DNA of 64,000 nt from Balanoglossus misakiensis (lineage: Eukaryota; Animalia; Hemichordata): positions 3,045,154 to 3,109,153 of the forward strand of contig CM082598.2 in assembly GCA_040954595.2 (NCBI GenBank). The letters run 5' to 3'. Made by a program: the position numbers and the translations under genes. This document shows, piece after piece, positions 51,401-64,000 of the stretch; position 1 is the first letter of the stretch; every line of letters starts with the position of its first letter. The notes beneath the pieces were generated by a model. The model was not told the DNA's origin. It searched no databases and saw nothing but the letters and a program-made list of their open reading frames with translations.

Positions 51401-54400
51401 TATTGCCAAAATACAGCACTGATGTATTAACATCACTAAGGTAAACCTCACTCTTGGCTAGACATATCTAGAATAAAATACATGTAAAATATTCCCACGC
51501 ACCAAATACAATACAGATATTCATTTGGGCCTATTTTAGGCACTACTTTCCTCTCTTGACCGCACGCGTTTGAAAGTAATGGCGGCGGTGTGTGGCCATC
51601 GTTTGTTCGTAAGTTATTTTCTCCGGTGTTAAAAGCAGACGCTGGGAAGATAACAACTTCCTGTTATTTGTTATAAAAGTTGGCAACTAAACGCTACTAT
51701 TCGACACGTTGTTACTTTTCAGAACAATGTGTACACCGGCCGACGCCGGAGTCTCATCGAAGATGCCCGAATGGCCTCGATTGACCTGACCTCCTTGCCG
51801 AGCCCGACCGAAGATGACGTCTTTCACGAGTTTCAGGAGGACAGCAAAGATAAGACGTCAACAGAGAAACCGAGGAGTGTTAACATCACGTTTGGTTTGC
51901 CGAACGGCTGTCACGCTGCATCACTTGCCAAGACCCTGAAAATCTTTGAGGTAAGTCCAATTTCAGTTACTGTAATTATATATACATGTTTATATATATT
52001 TACATTGTATGTAAGTACATATACATGTATATAAGTATAGATGGCTGTATAGCCATCTAATTATTCTGGCAATGGACTGCCAGTGTCAGTATTTATGAAA
52101 AATCTTTACCCCTGAAACTGCACATGCGCGACTTTTCTGTTTATAATATAGTAACATCATCAGCATTGTTCCCTCAGTTTAGGGAGACCAGTACATGTTG
52201 CATCAAAGTAAATATGAAATTTGATAAAAATATTGATACAATTTTTGCCATGTTGTGCCGTGTCATGCAAAGTAACAACCACATTGTTCGCAATGATTTA
52301 AATTGTAGCAGCTACCCTTTGCACCAGAATAAATATGTCTGGCCTGTATTTGTAAGGCGGCAATATTTCAAAGCGCCAACAGAGTGACCGTCAAAGATGG
52401 TACGTTGAAGTGCCACCTTTGGCGGCGTGGCGTCTGATTCGAGTCCCGCACACTACAAGAACAAAGACCGTGGTTCAGCTCGGCAGTACGCTTAACGAGC
52501 GGAAATGCATTAATGGAGAATTCAAACAAAGTTTCATTCGACACTCCACGGCAGATTGAAGTTCTGTACACATATATGAAAGCCGCCATGTTCTTTCCAA
52601 AACGGGATAGACTCCAACCTTTATCGGCTGCATCCGGGTCTCTTTTCACATGCCAGTCGGCGTGTTTATTGTTACAGTTCTCTTTATGTCGTAAGACCTG
52701 TCTTTGTGACCAATATAGCTCCGCTGTTCTCGCGAAGGAAATGTCTGATTAAGATTATTATTAGCAACATCGAGTCAAATGTAAAGCCCTGGGGGTATGA
52801 CGTATGACGTGCGTATACTTAGCTTATGTATTCAAAAGAGCGAGGAAGCCTCTCATTATTGTTACTGCTTTATCCCACATCCGGGTATTTGTGCCGATAC
52901 ACGTGCACACTTGACAGTTGAAGGACCGACATTGGCCGCCATGTTCAAACGTTTTCCATCCATCTGTTGGTCTCTTTATTCCATTTATGCATGCAAATGT
53001 ACCGGAAATAGACGTCACGTGCTTTGCTTGTAGTGTTTGTACATAGTTTGTGAGTTAACTGTTTTTTTTTTTCCTTCTGGATATTGTGACCAACACTTTT
53101 TACAGTGTTACATTATTGTTGATCATAGCTAAACCTCGATCGATGAGTAAGTAAGTGAGTGGGTGGATTGATGGATGGATGGATGGATGGGTGGTTGGAT
53201 GGATTTGGTATTTGGTTGCCTTGGTGAATGAGTTCGTGAGTGAACGACTAGATGTACGGATGAATAAATTAATGAATCACTGAATGAATGAATGAATGAA
53301 TGAACGAACGAACGAATGCATGAATGAATGAATGAAACACCAGGGCTCTATCCAGACTAATTTCCAATGTCTTTAATTTTCCAGGATACGGGTACAAAGT
53401 TGTTACATATCGAGTCGAGACCTTCCAAGACAAAGGACAATGGACACGAATACTACATCAGATGCGAAAGCAAGCAGAACACCTTCAAGAATCTCTCGGC
53501 GTCACTAAAGGATGTTGTCAACGATGTGGCCTTCCACGACGAGAGTAAAAGCAAACAGAAAGGTAACTTAGTTTGATATTAAAGGGGCATTAATGTGAAT
53601 CCCAGGTGTGTTGCCTGCAAGATATGAGTCCACAGAAGCTGTAGCAGTTTGGTGAAGATTCAATTTAACGTGTGTTTATAAAACTCCGACCTTTATTTTA
53701 TTTCATTTCAGAATTATGGTTTCCTAAGCATATATCGGAACTTGACAAGTGTACTCATTTGAATTCGCAGTTTGAACCGGATTTGGACTCAGAACATCCT
53801 GTAAGTATAATTCACAACTGAGATAGACTTGTGCTGTAGAGGGCACAATATTTCATTCTACAAACTGTTTAATAAGTTTCAAAGATCGAACGACGTCACA
53901 AAATCTCTAGAATACTGTAATTTATTTATTTCTTGTCTTGAAGGGTTTCTCGGACAAAGAGTACAGGAGCCGAAGAAAGGAGATAACTCAAATAGCATTT
54001 AATTATAAATAGTAAGTACGAGAGAGAGAGAGAAATTGAGACAAACAGACAGAAAGACGCTGTCAGAAACAGAGAGACAGACGTACAAGGGCGCAAGTAG
54101 GAAACATTGTAAGACAGAACATGGCAACGAGTCTATGTGACATAGTTAACACTGTACCTTGCATGAATCTGCATTTGTTAAGTCAATTAAACTGTTAATA
54201 TCATGTATAACTTAGCAACGGCCAATTTGCAGTAAGTACTCTCAAAAAGACCTGAGAAACCAAACCTGGATGATCACCGCCCTCACTGGCACAGCAAGCC
54301 TGTGGCCTTGGCCCTAGCGAAAGATTGTTGCAATATTGCTACTTATAACTAAAATACGATACAATACAGCAATATATACAATACAAGCAATGTAATGCAA

Positions 54401-57400
54401 TACACATAATACATATTTTTACATTTACAGTGGGCAACCAATTCCAACTGTCGAATACACAGAAGATGAAGTAAAGACATGGTAGGTGTCAGTCATATAC
54501 TGTCCAGTTAGCGTGAGATGCACCATCTGCACGTTGTATCTGTATCTACAATTACTAAGGGTTTTACTGCGCCAAGCTGCGCCATATGCCCTTGATGACG
54601 TAATTTTCATTACTTTCTTCAGGAAAATTGTGTATCAAAGTCTGAAGGAACTCTATCCAAGTTTAGCGTGTAGTCAACACAATAAAGTCTTCAAATTACT
54701 GGAAGACAAAGGCATCTACAGGTACGTTCTCGTCGCCTCAAGTATGGGACAGATTTGCATATCAATGCATGTATCAGTCTCGGTTACCCAGACACCATTG
54801 CAAAAACTGGGCGGCCATCTTTAGCTTCCAGTTCTGAGCCCAACATTGTCTATATGAAGTTGGATGCAACATTTATTAATTATGTTCGTTTATGTGTTTA
54901 CATTGTACAGTGATGAGAAGATACCCCAACTTGAAGATGTTTCCAACTTTTTGAAACGTGAGTGTGGGAATCTTTTAGTTTATTTTGTTAATTAATTAAT
55001 TGAATGAGTTTCCCATGTCCATCATTTACTTTCCATTCTTACCTTTTGGTTTGATACAACAGTTGATCAAATCTCAATCTCTCTCTCTCCAATTGTATTT
55101 TATTATAGAACAAACGGGCTTCCAGCTGCGACCTGTTGCGGGTCTGCTGTCTGCCAGGGATTTCCTGGCCAGCTTGGCCTTTCGTGTTTTCCAGTGCACC
55201 CAATACATCCGTCATTCCTCAGCGCCAATGCACACACCGGAACCGTAAGTCACGTGATTATGATCGATGGCGGTAATTACCAAAATATACAAAACACGCG
55301 GAAAAATAGAGCATCGCATGAAAATGTGTCGAAGGGTCACGTTTCTTCCTAATCTGTCCACAGAATGATTTTAAAATGATCGATCTAATTTCCTTTTTTC
55401 ATTGCATACACACGGGGCACTTTAGATCATTTTCACTCGAGTGCTGAGACTTGATGAGGTGCGCACATGTCGCTCGCCAGCCATCAATTATGACGTCACC
55501 TTTCACAGTTAATGCGTTTTTCGCATTGGTTGATCTTAATCAACAGTGTCTGTAATTTTATTTCTCAACTCCTCTACAGAGACTGTTGCCACGAACTTCT
55601 TGGTCACGTGCCCATACTCGCCGATCCAAGCTTCGCCCAGTTTTCACAGGCAAGTGTATATCTCGCAATATCTTTTTCCTCTTGATTAGTAGGACAAGAC
55701 CATACATACATACATACATACATACATACATACATACATACATACATACATACATACATACATACATACATACATACATACATACATACATACATACATA
55801 CATACATACATACATACATACATACATACATACATACATACATACATACATACATACATACATACATTTTTATCACAGTTTACTTATTCTTTCATATTTT
55901 TGCATTTTTTTATCGAAATTAGGAAATAGGTGTAGCGTCACTCGGTGTATCCGATGAAGATATCACAAAGCTGGCAACGGTGAGTACAGCACGCTGCTAT
56001 CAACAAACAACAGATTAATTAGAATATTATTAATTTCCGGTTAGTGAAGCTTTGTGGCCTGATAGATGATTGTCGTCATCATCTGTCGGATTGTTAAGTT
56101 TGAAAGTGCGAGTGTGAGTGTGACTGTTTTCTCCGTGAGTGGCACTGTCGAATTCGATAATTCTCAACGTTCAGTGGCAATGGCGGCCAAATTTGCATAA
56201 GTAACAGTATATTTTTTATCCTCGGTGACGCTGTATTTCAGATGTTCTGTAACAAAGAGAGGGTAAATTGTGTTTTATTTCCGGTTCCCTTTCAGCTCTA
56301 CTGGTTTAGCGTTGAGTTTGGACTGTGCATGCAGCAGGGAGAGATTCGGGCGTATGGAGCTGGGCTCTTGTCAGCATTTGGCGAACTGCAGGTAAGGTTT
56401 GAAGTCCAGGACTATTAAACATCACTTGTAAACGCTGTCATTTCTACCACTGGCACTGCCAAGGCCACTTCCCGTCCATGAAGAAGACGCCCTCTGTAGT
56501 TTGAAATCAGCTTTCCTGCCATGTTGGGTTATATGAGATTCTAGACGGCAACAAACCTCGACTTCACCACCTGAAGTGGGTATCGGCATGGCACTGGCCA
56601 TTTAATGAATCTTTAAGTTCAGAACAATACAAAATCAATTTCGTATCCCTTTCCCCACGATATCTTTTGCCACTGTGGCCACGCCTTTTCGGCATTTTCA
56701 CGGACTCTCATAAATATTCAATGCTTGTGTTTTCTTAAAGTACGCCCTCTCGGATAAACCGGAACACCGGCCATTTGAACCAAGTACTACAGCCTTGCAG
56801 GAGTACCAAGACGAATCATATCAACCCGTTTATTTTGTCGCCGAGAGCTTTGAGGACGCAAAACGTAAAATGAGGTAACGTGAAAATAATTCATTGAGTA
56901 GACTAGAATGTTATGTTCGATGTTTTCGTCGCGCTTGAAAGATTTCTGTCGTACTCATCGACGCACACTACCGAGTAGTGTGGGGTAGCGTTTCATTCAA
57001 ACACAAGAGGGCGCAGTTGGATTTGTCGTTTGGTAACATTCCTCAGACCTAATTTGAGATCTGCGGTAAAAGTTGCCAGTTTGAAACTCTAACGTAACCG
57101 ACCGTGTTTGCCTGCTGTCGACTCTCATTTGCTGACAGATGTTACAATTTGTAAAGCCTATTGGCCAACAGATAACGTCAACTCCGTGTGTTTCGTTGAA
57201 GAAAAATAACATGATAATATACACTGTACTGTCTTCTTGATGTTTCACAGGGAGTACGTCTCACACTTGGAACGGCCCTTCGAAGTATTCTACAACGCCC
57301 ACAATCAATCCATCGAGGTCCTTGACACCAAGGAGAAGATACAAGAAAAACTGAACAACGTCAGAACCGAAATGAACATCCTGTATTTAGCTCTGGGGAA

Positions 57401-57416
57401 ACTCAAGTTAACGTAA
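45444..57416 (+). CDS. TH: Tyrosine 3-monooxygenase (tyrosine hydroxylase), ~495 aa, 14 coding exons
   Basis: Exons 45444-45512, 51723-51950, 53385-53562, 53712-53800, 53944-54011, 54431-54481, 54623-54721, 54911-54957, 55109-55244, 55580-55649, 55923-55979, 56296-56391, 56741-56874, 57251-57416. TH-diagnostic motifs: [11 protein letters not shown] (Ser40 site), [55 protein letters not shown] (Asp425 equivalent). Confidence 0.95.
55701..55867. repeat. (CATA)n microsatellite in TH intron 10
   Basis: Read directly. Confidence 0.95.
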
Positions 57417-60400
57417 AGAGGTACACTTCAGTAAAATGGCGGAACTGTCGTAAAATGGTCACTGTGTTTACGACTCTGTCCCCGATTAGTACTTTTAAAG
57501 GGTAAACTAAAGAGTTATACAAATGCATGATAAAGTAGAGAGTCATAATGTATTTGCACGCGTAGGTAAGCGATAGTAGGAGTGGACGAAGAGAGGGACA
57601 AAAGATGGAAGAATTCAAAGCACGTTTTGTTATCAGACGTGCATATTACACCTTGTCGAAAACACATACATGTACTAAAATAACGGTAGTGTTGAACGCT
57701 AGACATTTTCGTTCGTTAGGGACATCACCTTTACCCATATATAATTTTCTCAAAATGACCAAGTCACTGAAACGAAAAGATGGAATTTCTTTTATGAACT
57801 ATATTTATTTATTTATTTTCTTGCAAAGATCCGATTCGTTTCGTAGAGTTTTCATTTTAAAGAAAGATTATGGTGTATAACAAGACAGTATTTATTTGAC
57901 GAAGGCTTCAACAAGGCTTATATGTATTATCAGTTCTCGATATATCTAAGCAAAAGACGTGTATATGTTTTATTAGGTTTAATTGATTTTTTGACCAAAA
58001 AGACCCTGATTTTATAGTTTCAAAAATAAGGAATATGTGAACAAATGATCATTTTCACAAAATGACGTCATCACGGAGAATTCCTACGGATCACATTGTT
58101 TCGGTATGTATTTCGTTCGAGCAAGGTAGAACATATTACTAATTTTCTGCTTGACATGGATTTACGCGGGAAACCGGCGCTTGCTGACTTCTTCCTTGTA
58201 TCAAGGCAACGTCGCTTCAGAATTTTGTGAAAGTCGGTCGCTATATATTCGCAGTTTAAATACTGACAGCAAAACAGGCATTTCTTCTGAAATAACAATG
58301 ATAATTAGTATTCATCAGACCATGGGTAGATACTTTCTGTGTCCTTACCTTCAGGAGCATGCGTAACGGGCGTTTGATAAAAACGAGTGGACCAATTCCG
58401 ACTCAGAAACAGGTGAATTAAAATAGAAATTATTTTGCAAAACCATCTTCATTGCAAAAATTTCTAAACCTCATATATTTCTTTCGATGCACGACACTTA
58501 CGCTATAACCCCCTTATGATGTCTTTATCGACTCGCTCAAAGCAATAGTGAATTTTCAAAAAAAATAATCAGTATTTTGTTTGACTGTAATCCAGTGATG
58601 TTAATTTTCGTGTCGTTTATTCATTCATGCAATAATGCAATAAACCAACTGCCTAAAGACAAGTTTTTTTTGCTTTGCTTGTTGAAGTTCTGATGTGTGT
58701 AAAAGAAGCTGTCAGCATGAATATACATACACACATTTTCGACCTCATTGGTGATAATGTTGAAGGAACGTGGGGATTTTATTGAAATATTCAGCCGCAA
58801 AGATGACTACAAAAGACCAGACAAATTTTGCGCCCTCAAGAATTCTGACACGTCGATTAACAAGATAGGAAGGATTCCCAGGTCCAATCAATGAATCAAT
58901 TAAGCCAGTTTGTTGTCGTTAATTCCAATTTGTTCGAGGTATCTATCTTCAAAACAATGATCCCCTAGTGTATAATACTTTATTCACATCGTGAATCGCT
59001 TTCAATTCTGAATTAATGTGCTCCTTGTTCATGTTTGAGAAACAGACCGAGCCCCAGAGGGTGCCTTTGTATACTGTGTGATGTGGCTGTTGCGAGTAGT
59101 AACCTTGAAGGCTCGCCTGTTGTTTCATGTCACCGGGGGAGGAATAAGATCTGCAAAGGTGTGGGAAGAATCACTACACGCGCACTTTTAATCAATCAAG
59201 AAATCTTGTGCGCCGCCGACCTTAAAATGTTTCCCTCCAACTCACAACACCCGAGTCCTTTGCCTGTCGTCAAAGTCGTTGTCGCTTCCATGAATCACTG
59301 ATATCTGCAGGGGAGCTGCTGTCGTTTGTTGTCTTCAAAATAAACTTTTTTAGTTTGGCTTCAAAGTTTTGCTAGGCTGGCGCCTCATAACTATAAGCTC
59401 AATCAAAATGAAAAAAAAAGGAATATTTTGTAGCAAAATTGTGCGCGGGACTCTCTACAGCGCATGCCCAACACTAAGCTCGCGTCATGCTGTCTGCCCA
59501 GTGGTCACCACGTTGTCTCACGGCCTGCAGCTGCTTGAATACATGTATTTGCATAATTCCTAAGTTTGGGTTAGTGTAGTGAGCGACCGTTGGAAGATGA
59601 ACGAGAGGTGAGTTTTCGGACCCGTTTTATGTGCTATTTTTATGGAGTAATCATGTAGAATGTCTTGTCCAACCACTGACACTCTTGGGGGGAGGGGAGG
59701 CCGTGGTGCACAGGCCAACCTCCTGAATCTGTAGCAGTAAGGTAAAACGAGCATTGAACGTAGCTACACGTGTGCATATTCGAAGGGGGGGGGGGGTACC
59801 ATGGTAGCTCTATACACGTTGAGGCGGCAAAACAATGCGGTAGTGCTGATGGTTGCCTGGAGTCAGCGCCGCCATGCAGCTCAGGCCGGCGACTCGGCAG
59901 CCAGTTCGAAGTCCCGGTTCGAAGTATACATCATCTCTGCGCATGTTTAAACTACCACGATTTTATTTACATGGCACAGAATACATCGATCAAAACCACA
60001 ATATGATCTGAAGCAATGAGGGTTTAATCCGTAAATATTTCCATGGTATAAATTCGATTTCAATCCTTCAGTTTATATAACGCCACATTCCTCGACCCCA
60101 AAAAGAAACCAAAGGGATATTTCACTACATCTAAGTATATTTTTAAACAGAAATATTATAAGAGTTAATATATTATTCTAATTCCATTTAAATATTCTTA
60201 GTATGCCGACGGTTCGAAAATCGATTTTATATGCGAAACAAGGTACAATGGCGCGGCGTGCAATGTAGGTAGCCGAGTTGAAATTTCACAACACGTGACT
60301 CTTCAGAATAAACGTCTTCAAGGAACAACAACGCTGATGGACAGATTCTGAAGTTTGATAATAAAAGGGAACCTATGGTGTTCTGATGACGTCCGCTTTG

Positions 60401-61524
60401 ATGGATTTTGGTTCAGAGTTTCTGCTGGGGAGTCGTTTGTCGCTGAAGAACAGTCTTTAACATTTCAATGTTCTTGTGTAGTCTCCTGATTTCCAGCCAT
60501 CCTTACATTTTGGATTATCTATGAAGTAGATCAAGAAAGAATATATCTCTATATAATGTGTACATGTTAATCAATTACATACATACATACATGCACACAT
60601 GTACATATATACATGAATACATAAAGAAAGACAGACAGGCAGGGGGGTAGGCAGGTAAACAGACAGACAGATAGACAGACAGACAGACAGACATACAGTC
60701 TATAGTCAGTTGATTGATTGATTGATTGATTGCCACCTGGCCTGGACACCATCATATTGAAAATGAGAAACATTAATTAAGCATTTTCAGTGGAGACGGG
60801 CGAAAAAATGGAGATGGTTAATGCACTTCGACACAAGAAAACGTTTGAACAGAAAATAAGAATCGGCCTCAGAAATCACAGTAATAGAATACATCGCCTT
60901 TCAGTCTGACCAAAAAATTTGCAAATCAGTCGAGGCAGCATCTGGTCTCTCGAATCAGAAAAGGTGTTCAAAGAAATCCGCCGACTATGCTCATTTTAAT
61001 GTCACTTGCTTAAATAATGGGCCACGGGAGATGTTCGTATTAATTTCCGACCAGAAACACTTCAGAGTCTACAGCAGGTGCGATAGGGCGCCAGCGGTAT
61101 TGATATCGTCGAAGGTTACAACAGGTGTTATTAGATTTGATAAATTCCACCGGAAGATACCGATAAAAGGCCATGACAGGTCGAACCTGACGGCCAAGTT
61201 TGATTGGTTCTCTCTATATTTTGATGGAGTTCGCTTCGAGAACAAAAATGTGTTCGTGCAATTTCTGAAATAAAATTAACAAACGAGCGGCAACTAAATT
61301 AGCTGAAGAAATACATACCCTCGGTTGATTTTTGCAGAAGCGATATCACATCTTGATAGTCGTCAACAATCTTCAAACATTCCTGAACTTTTGAGATAAA
61401 AGGCTCCTGGAAATGTAAAAGAGTGCGATACTTATTGCAGTGATGACGTCAGGCCGTCTGCCCAATATGCAAATCACGACATGAGTACATTCTGTACTTC
61501 AACATGGCAGTAATTTGCCGCGGA

Positions 61525-63929
61525 TCAGGTGTTGCTGGAACGACACTCCTGCAACAACCAGGAACAAGTCTGCAGAGTAATGTCCTTTGTTCAGAAAGAC
61601 AAAGCGCAGGCAAGAACATCAAAATATGTTTTTGGAATTCGATAAAAGGTATTTGTTCAAACTTGGCGAAAACAACTCTTCTAACTGTTCTGAACATTAT
61701 TTTCTCCTTTTGCGCAATTGAGCGGTTCTGACCCCATTTAAGAAATACACAGTAAGGATTACATCGGAAATCGATGCTGAGAATGTTTCCTTACTTGTAA
61801 GGCACTTGAAGGATCGTCAATATCTTCATCGCCCGCATTGCGCTTTGGCCCTGAGTGCCTTGTGTTCGAAATCATTCCGGGGAGGTTCCATTTATATCTC
61901 TTGTCTTGTTGTGGCTTCTCTTCCTGGTTCACTTTCAGTTTTTCCACCCATTTCTAATACAGAGATGTTGAAAATTAGCATTAGGAGAGTGTCAGTTGGG
62001 AGCAGGCCATGACGTCATACATGCGTGTGTATATTATGCTCGTTCTGTCGTAACCTGTTGAGTTCTTGATTTTTCACAATCAGTTGCTTTTTTTTATTTA
62101 TCGATTCCAATTTACTTTTAAATCAACACCGAATTAATTTATCTGGATCGGGTTGAATTATTGAGAATGTGTACCCAAATGTTATCAATGTTTCATTCGT
62201 CTGGAGACAGTGGTGCTGAGATTTAGGAGTTGACCTAAGTGCAATGAATTATGGCACTGAAATACGGCTTGGTGTGATTTGAATGTAGCTTGACATCCCC
62301 ACATGTATTGTTTAAGAGAAAAAATACCAGCTGTACTTGTATAGATAGATGAAAAATGGCGATAATTTGGCCAATGTTGAGCAAGGTTAAATTGGTTTGA
62401 AGTTTGGTTTAAAAAGTTACAGATATACGAGACAGCACATCAATTTGCATCACAAAGAAACCAACAACCGTCTTGGTTAAAAAAAGTTACCGATATATTA
62501 GATAGAACACAATTTGCATGACAAAGAATTCATCAACCGTCTTGGTTTAAAAAGTTACAGATCTACGAGATAGTACTCCGATTTGCATAACAAAGAAACT
62601 AACATCCGGTTACGTGACTTGGACATGAGCTGAAATAGTGGTTACTGATGATCGCTGACATTTTTTACTGAGTGTTTCCTATATATTTAACAAGCGCCAT
62701 CATGAGATAAACCAATTCGTCTGAAACTGGGCGAAACTTTGCCACAATCGTCGTGTAGGCTAAAACTGCCGTTCCATCTTATGAGGTTGCTTGAGTTCCC
62801 TAACATATGTTCATGTATTTCTTTATTGAGCTTCCCTTGAAAAATATTTGCTCAATCTTTCCTTATTTCTTACCACCCGTGAAGAAATCGATTTAGCCAA
62901 TTACATATATTAATAAAACCCTTTCATGCAGAAATGAATAATTTAAAAACATCTGTTGTCTACGATAATATCTTATTACACTGTTATGTTACGGTATATA
63001 AGCTGCAATATTTTGCTAACAATGACATTTTGCTTGGCAGGAAAAATATTATTTTCCATTTATGCCTGTTTGCCGAAATGTTCATTTTTTGTCGAAGCAG
63101 TTTGAAATAAAATATGTATAGAATGTCAAATTTCGATTTGCTGAAAACGTTGAACGGACGCGTATTTTTTTTTAATTTATCGCAAAGAGAAATGTGACAT
63201 GAATTTTTAAACAGAATTAAGAAGAATTGATAGAAACATTATTTTTTAATCTGATGTAATGGAATATTTAGTACCTTCAGCGAGGATAATTCGAGAGTGG
63301 GATTTCAATCTTAAACGTAGACCACACTTTTATCTAAACATTTTGCATCTTGTGATCGCAAACTGCGTCACTTTTAACAACATAGAAACATGCTGCCGCG
63401 AGATCCAGCACGTCTGACAATTCTATGAAAATCATTTTAACGATTCAAGTTATATATAATCGTATACAAGAATAGTTTTGTTTTTCAATTTGCATAAATG
63501 TGTGTAAAGAAAACATTTATGTTTTATACAAATGTGGGCAAGATGAAAATGGTTCTACTAAGTTTGAGAATCCCTTACTAACTAGTACGTAAACTAAACA
63601 ATTGTTTCAGGTAGCATTTCTGTAGAGAATGTGAGCAGCTTGATATTCTTGTCCTTATTCTTGTCGATATATATTTACAAAAAATACTTTTACGTTGTTA
63701 TTATGAATATACTGTCTTCTTGAATAATCATTCCTGCGATATGTTCTCTGCAACGTGTGCATATAGGCCTATAGTTTCTGTAAGAATTGGTAGAAAAAAG
63801 ACCGTTTACCTTCAGGAGATCGGACCTTTGTTCTTCGTTCGTTTCTTCTGCGTCTGTGATTTCTTGCCACACGACCATAACCAACGCCAGAACGACAAAA
63901 ACCTGCGAGACGGACCAACGTAACCTCAT
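61525..63929 (-). CDS. Putative neuropeptide/prohormone precursor (~112 aa, 3 coding exons)
   Basis: Exons 63929-63810 (MRLRWSVSQVFVVLALVMVVWQEITDAEETNEEQRSDLLK, donor GTAAAC), 61953-61795 (KWVEKLKVNQEEKPQQDKR-YKWNLPGMISNTRHSGP-KRNAGDEDIDDPSSALQ, donor GTAAGG) and 61584-61525 (DITLQTCSWLLQECRSSNT*). All junctions are phase 0. The last exon is less certain. Confidence 0.7.
62404..62605. repeat. Minisatellite, 3 x ~69 bp
   Basis: TTGGTTTAAAAAGTTACAGATATACGAGA...ATTTGCAT.ACAAAGAA...CAACCGTC repeated three times with divergence. Confidence 0.85.
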
Positions 63930-64000
63930 CGTGTTCACAGCGATAGAGACTTCCCCAAAAGTTCTGCAAGTGCTTGCAAACGTGGCTTGATCAGTCGCAA

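Noticed and set aside
58940-59760. Possible minus-strand exons after acceptor-like sites near 59728 and 59150
   Set aside because: No consistent donor, phase or recognisable protein could be established.
57417-64000. Insulin/IGF or MCH gene expected downstream of TH from vertebrate synteny
   Set aside because: No A-chain CC-x3-C-x8-C or B-chain LCG motif was found. The precursor's C-x6-C does not match the MCH C-x8-C ring.

Overview
Intron-rich animal genomic DNA, probably from an invertebrate deuterostome such as a hemichordate or echinoderm (inferred from gene content and architecture, not proven). Six protein-coding genes were reconstructed by hand from splice sites and reading phase. (1) A minus-strand, 11-exon gene (12884-3353) for a ~1224-aa secreted protein: signal peptide, F-spondin-type Reeler domain, 12 albumin/ECM1/Endo16-type CC-x9-12-C units, two RGD motifs, an acidic Ser-rich tract and a C-terminal anaphylatoxin-like domain. 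(2) An 81-aa secreted 'WRRRR' peptide precursor (15627-16055). (3) Phenylalanine hydroxylase (17052-31827). (4) An intronless BTB-BACK-Kelch gene (39184-40830). (5) Tyrosine hydroxylase (45444-57416). (6) A convergent, unrecognised prohormone-like precursor (63929-61525). Between PAH and the kelch gene lies a young-looking 2.86-kb foldback-type element with 1099-bp inverted arms, modular subterminal repeats, an internal 58-bp perfect palindrome and a TA duplication. Several MITEs, two ultra-short CATAG...CTATG insertions with 7-bp duplications and many microsatellites are also present. No database search was possible, so all novelty claims are provisional.
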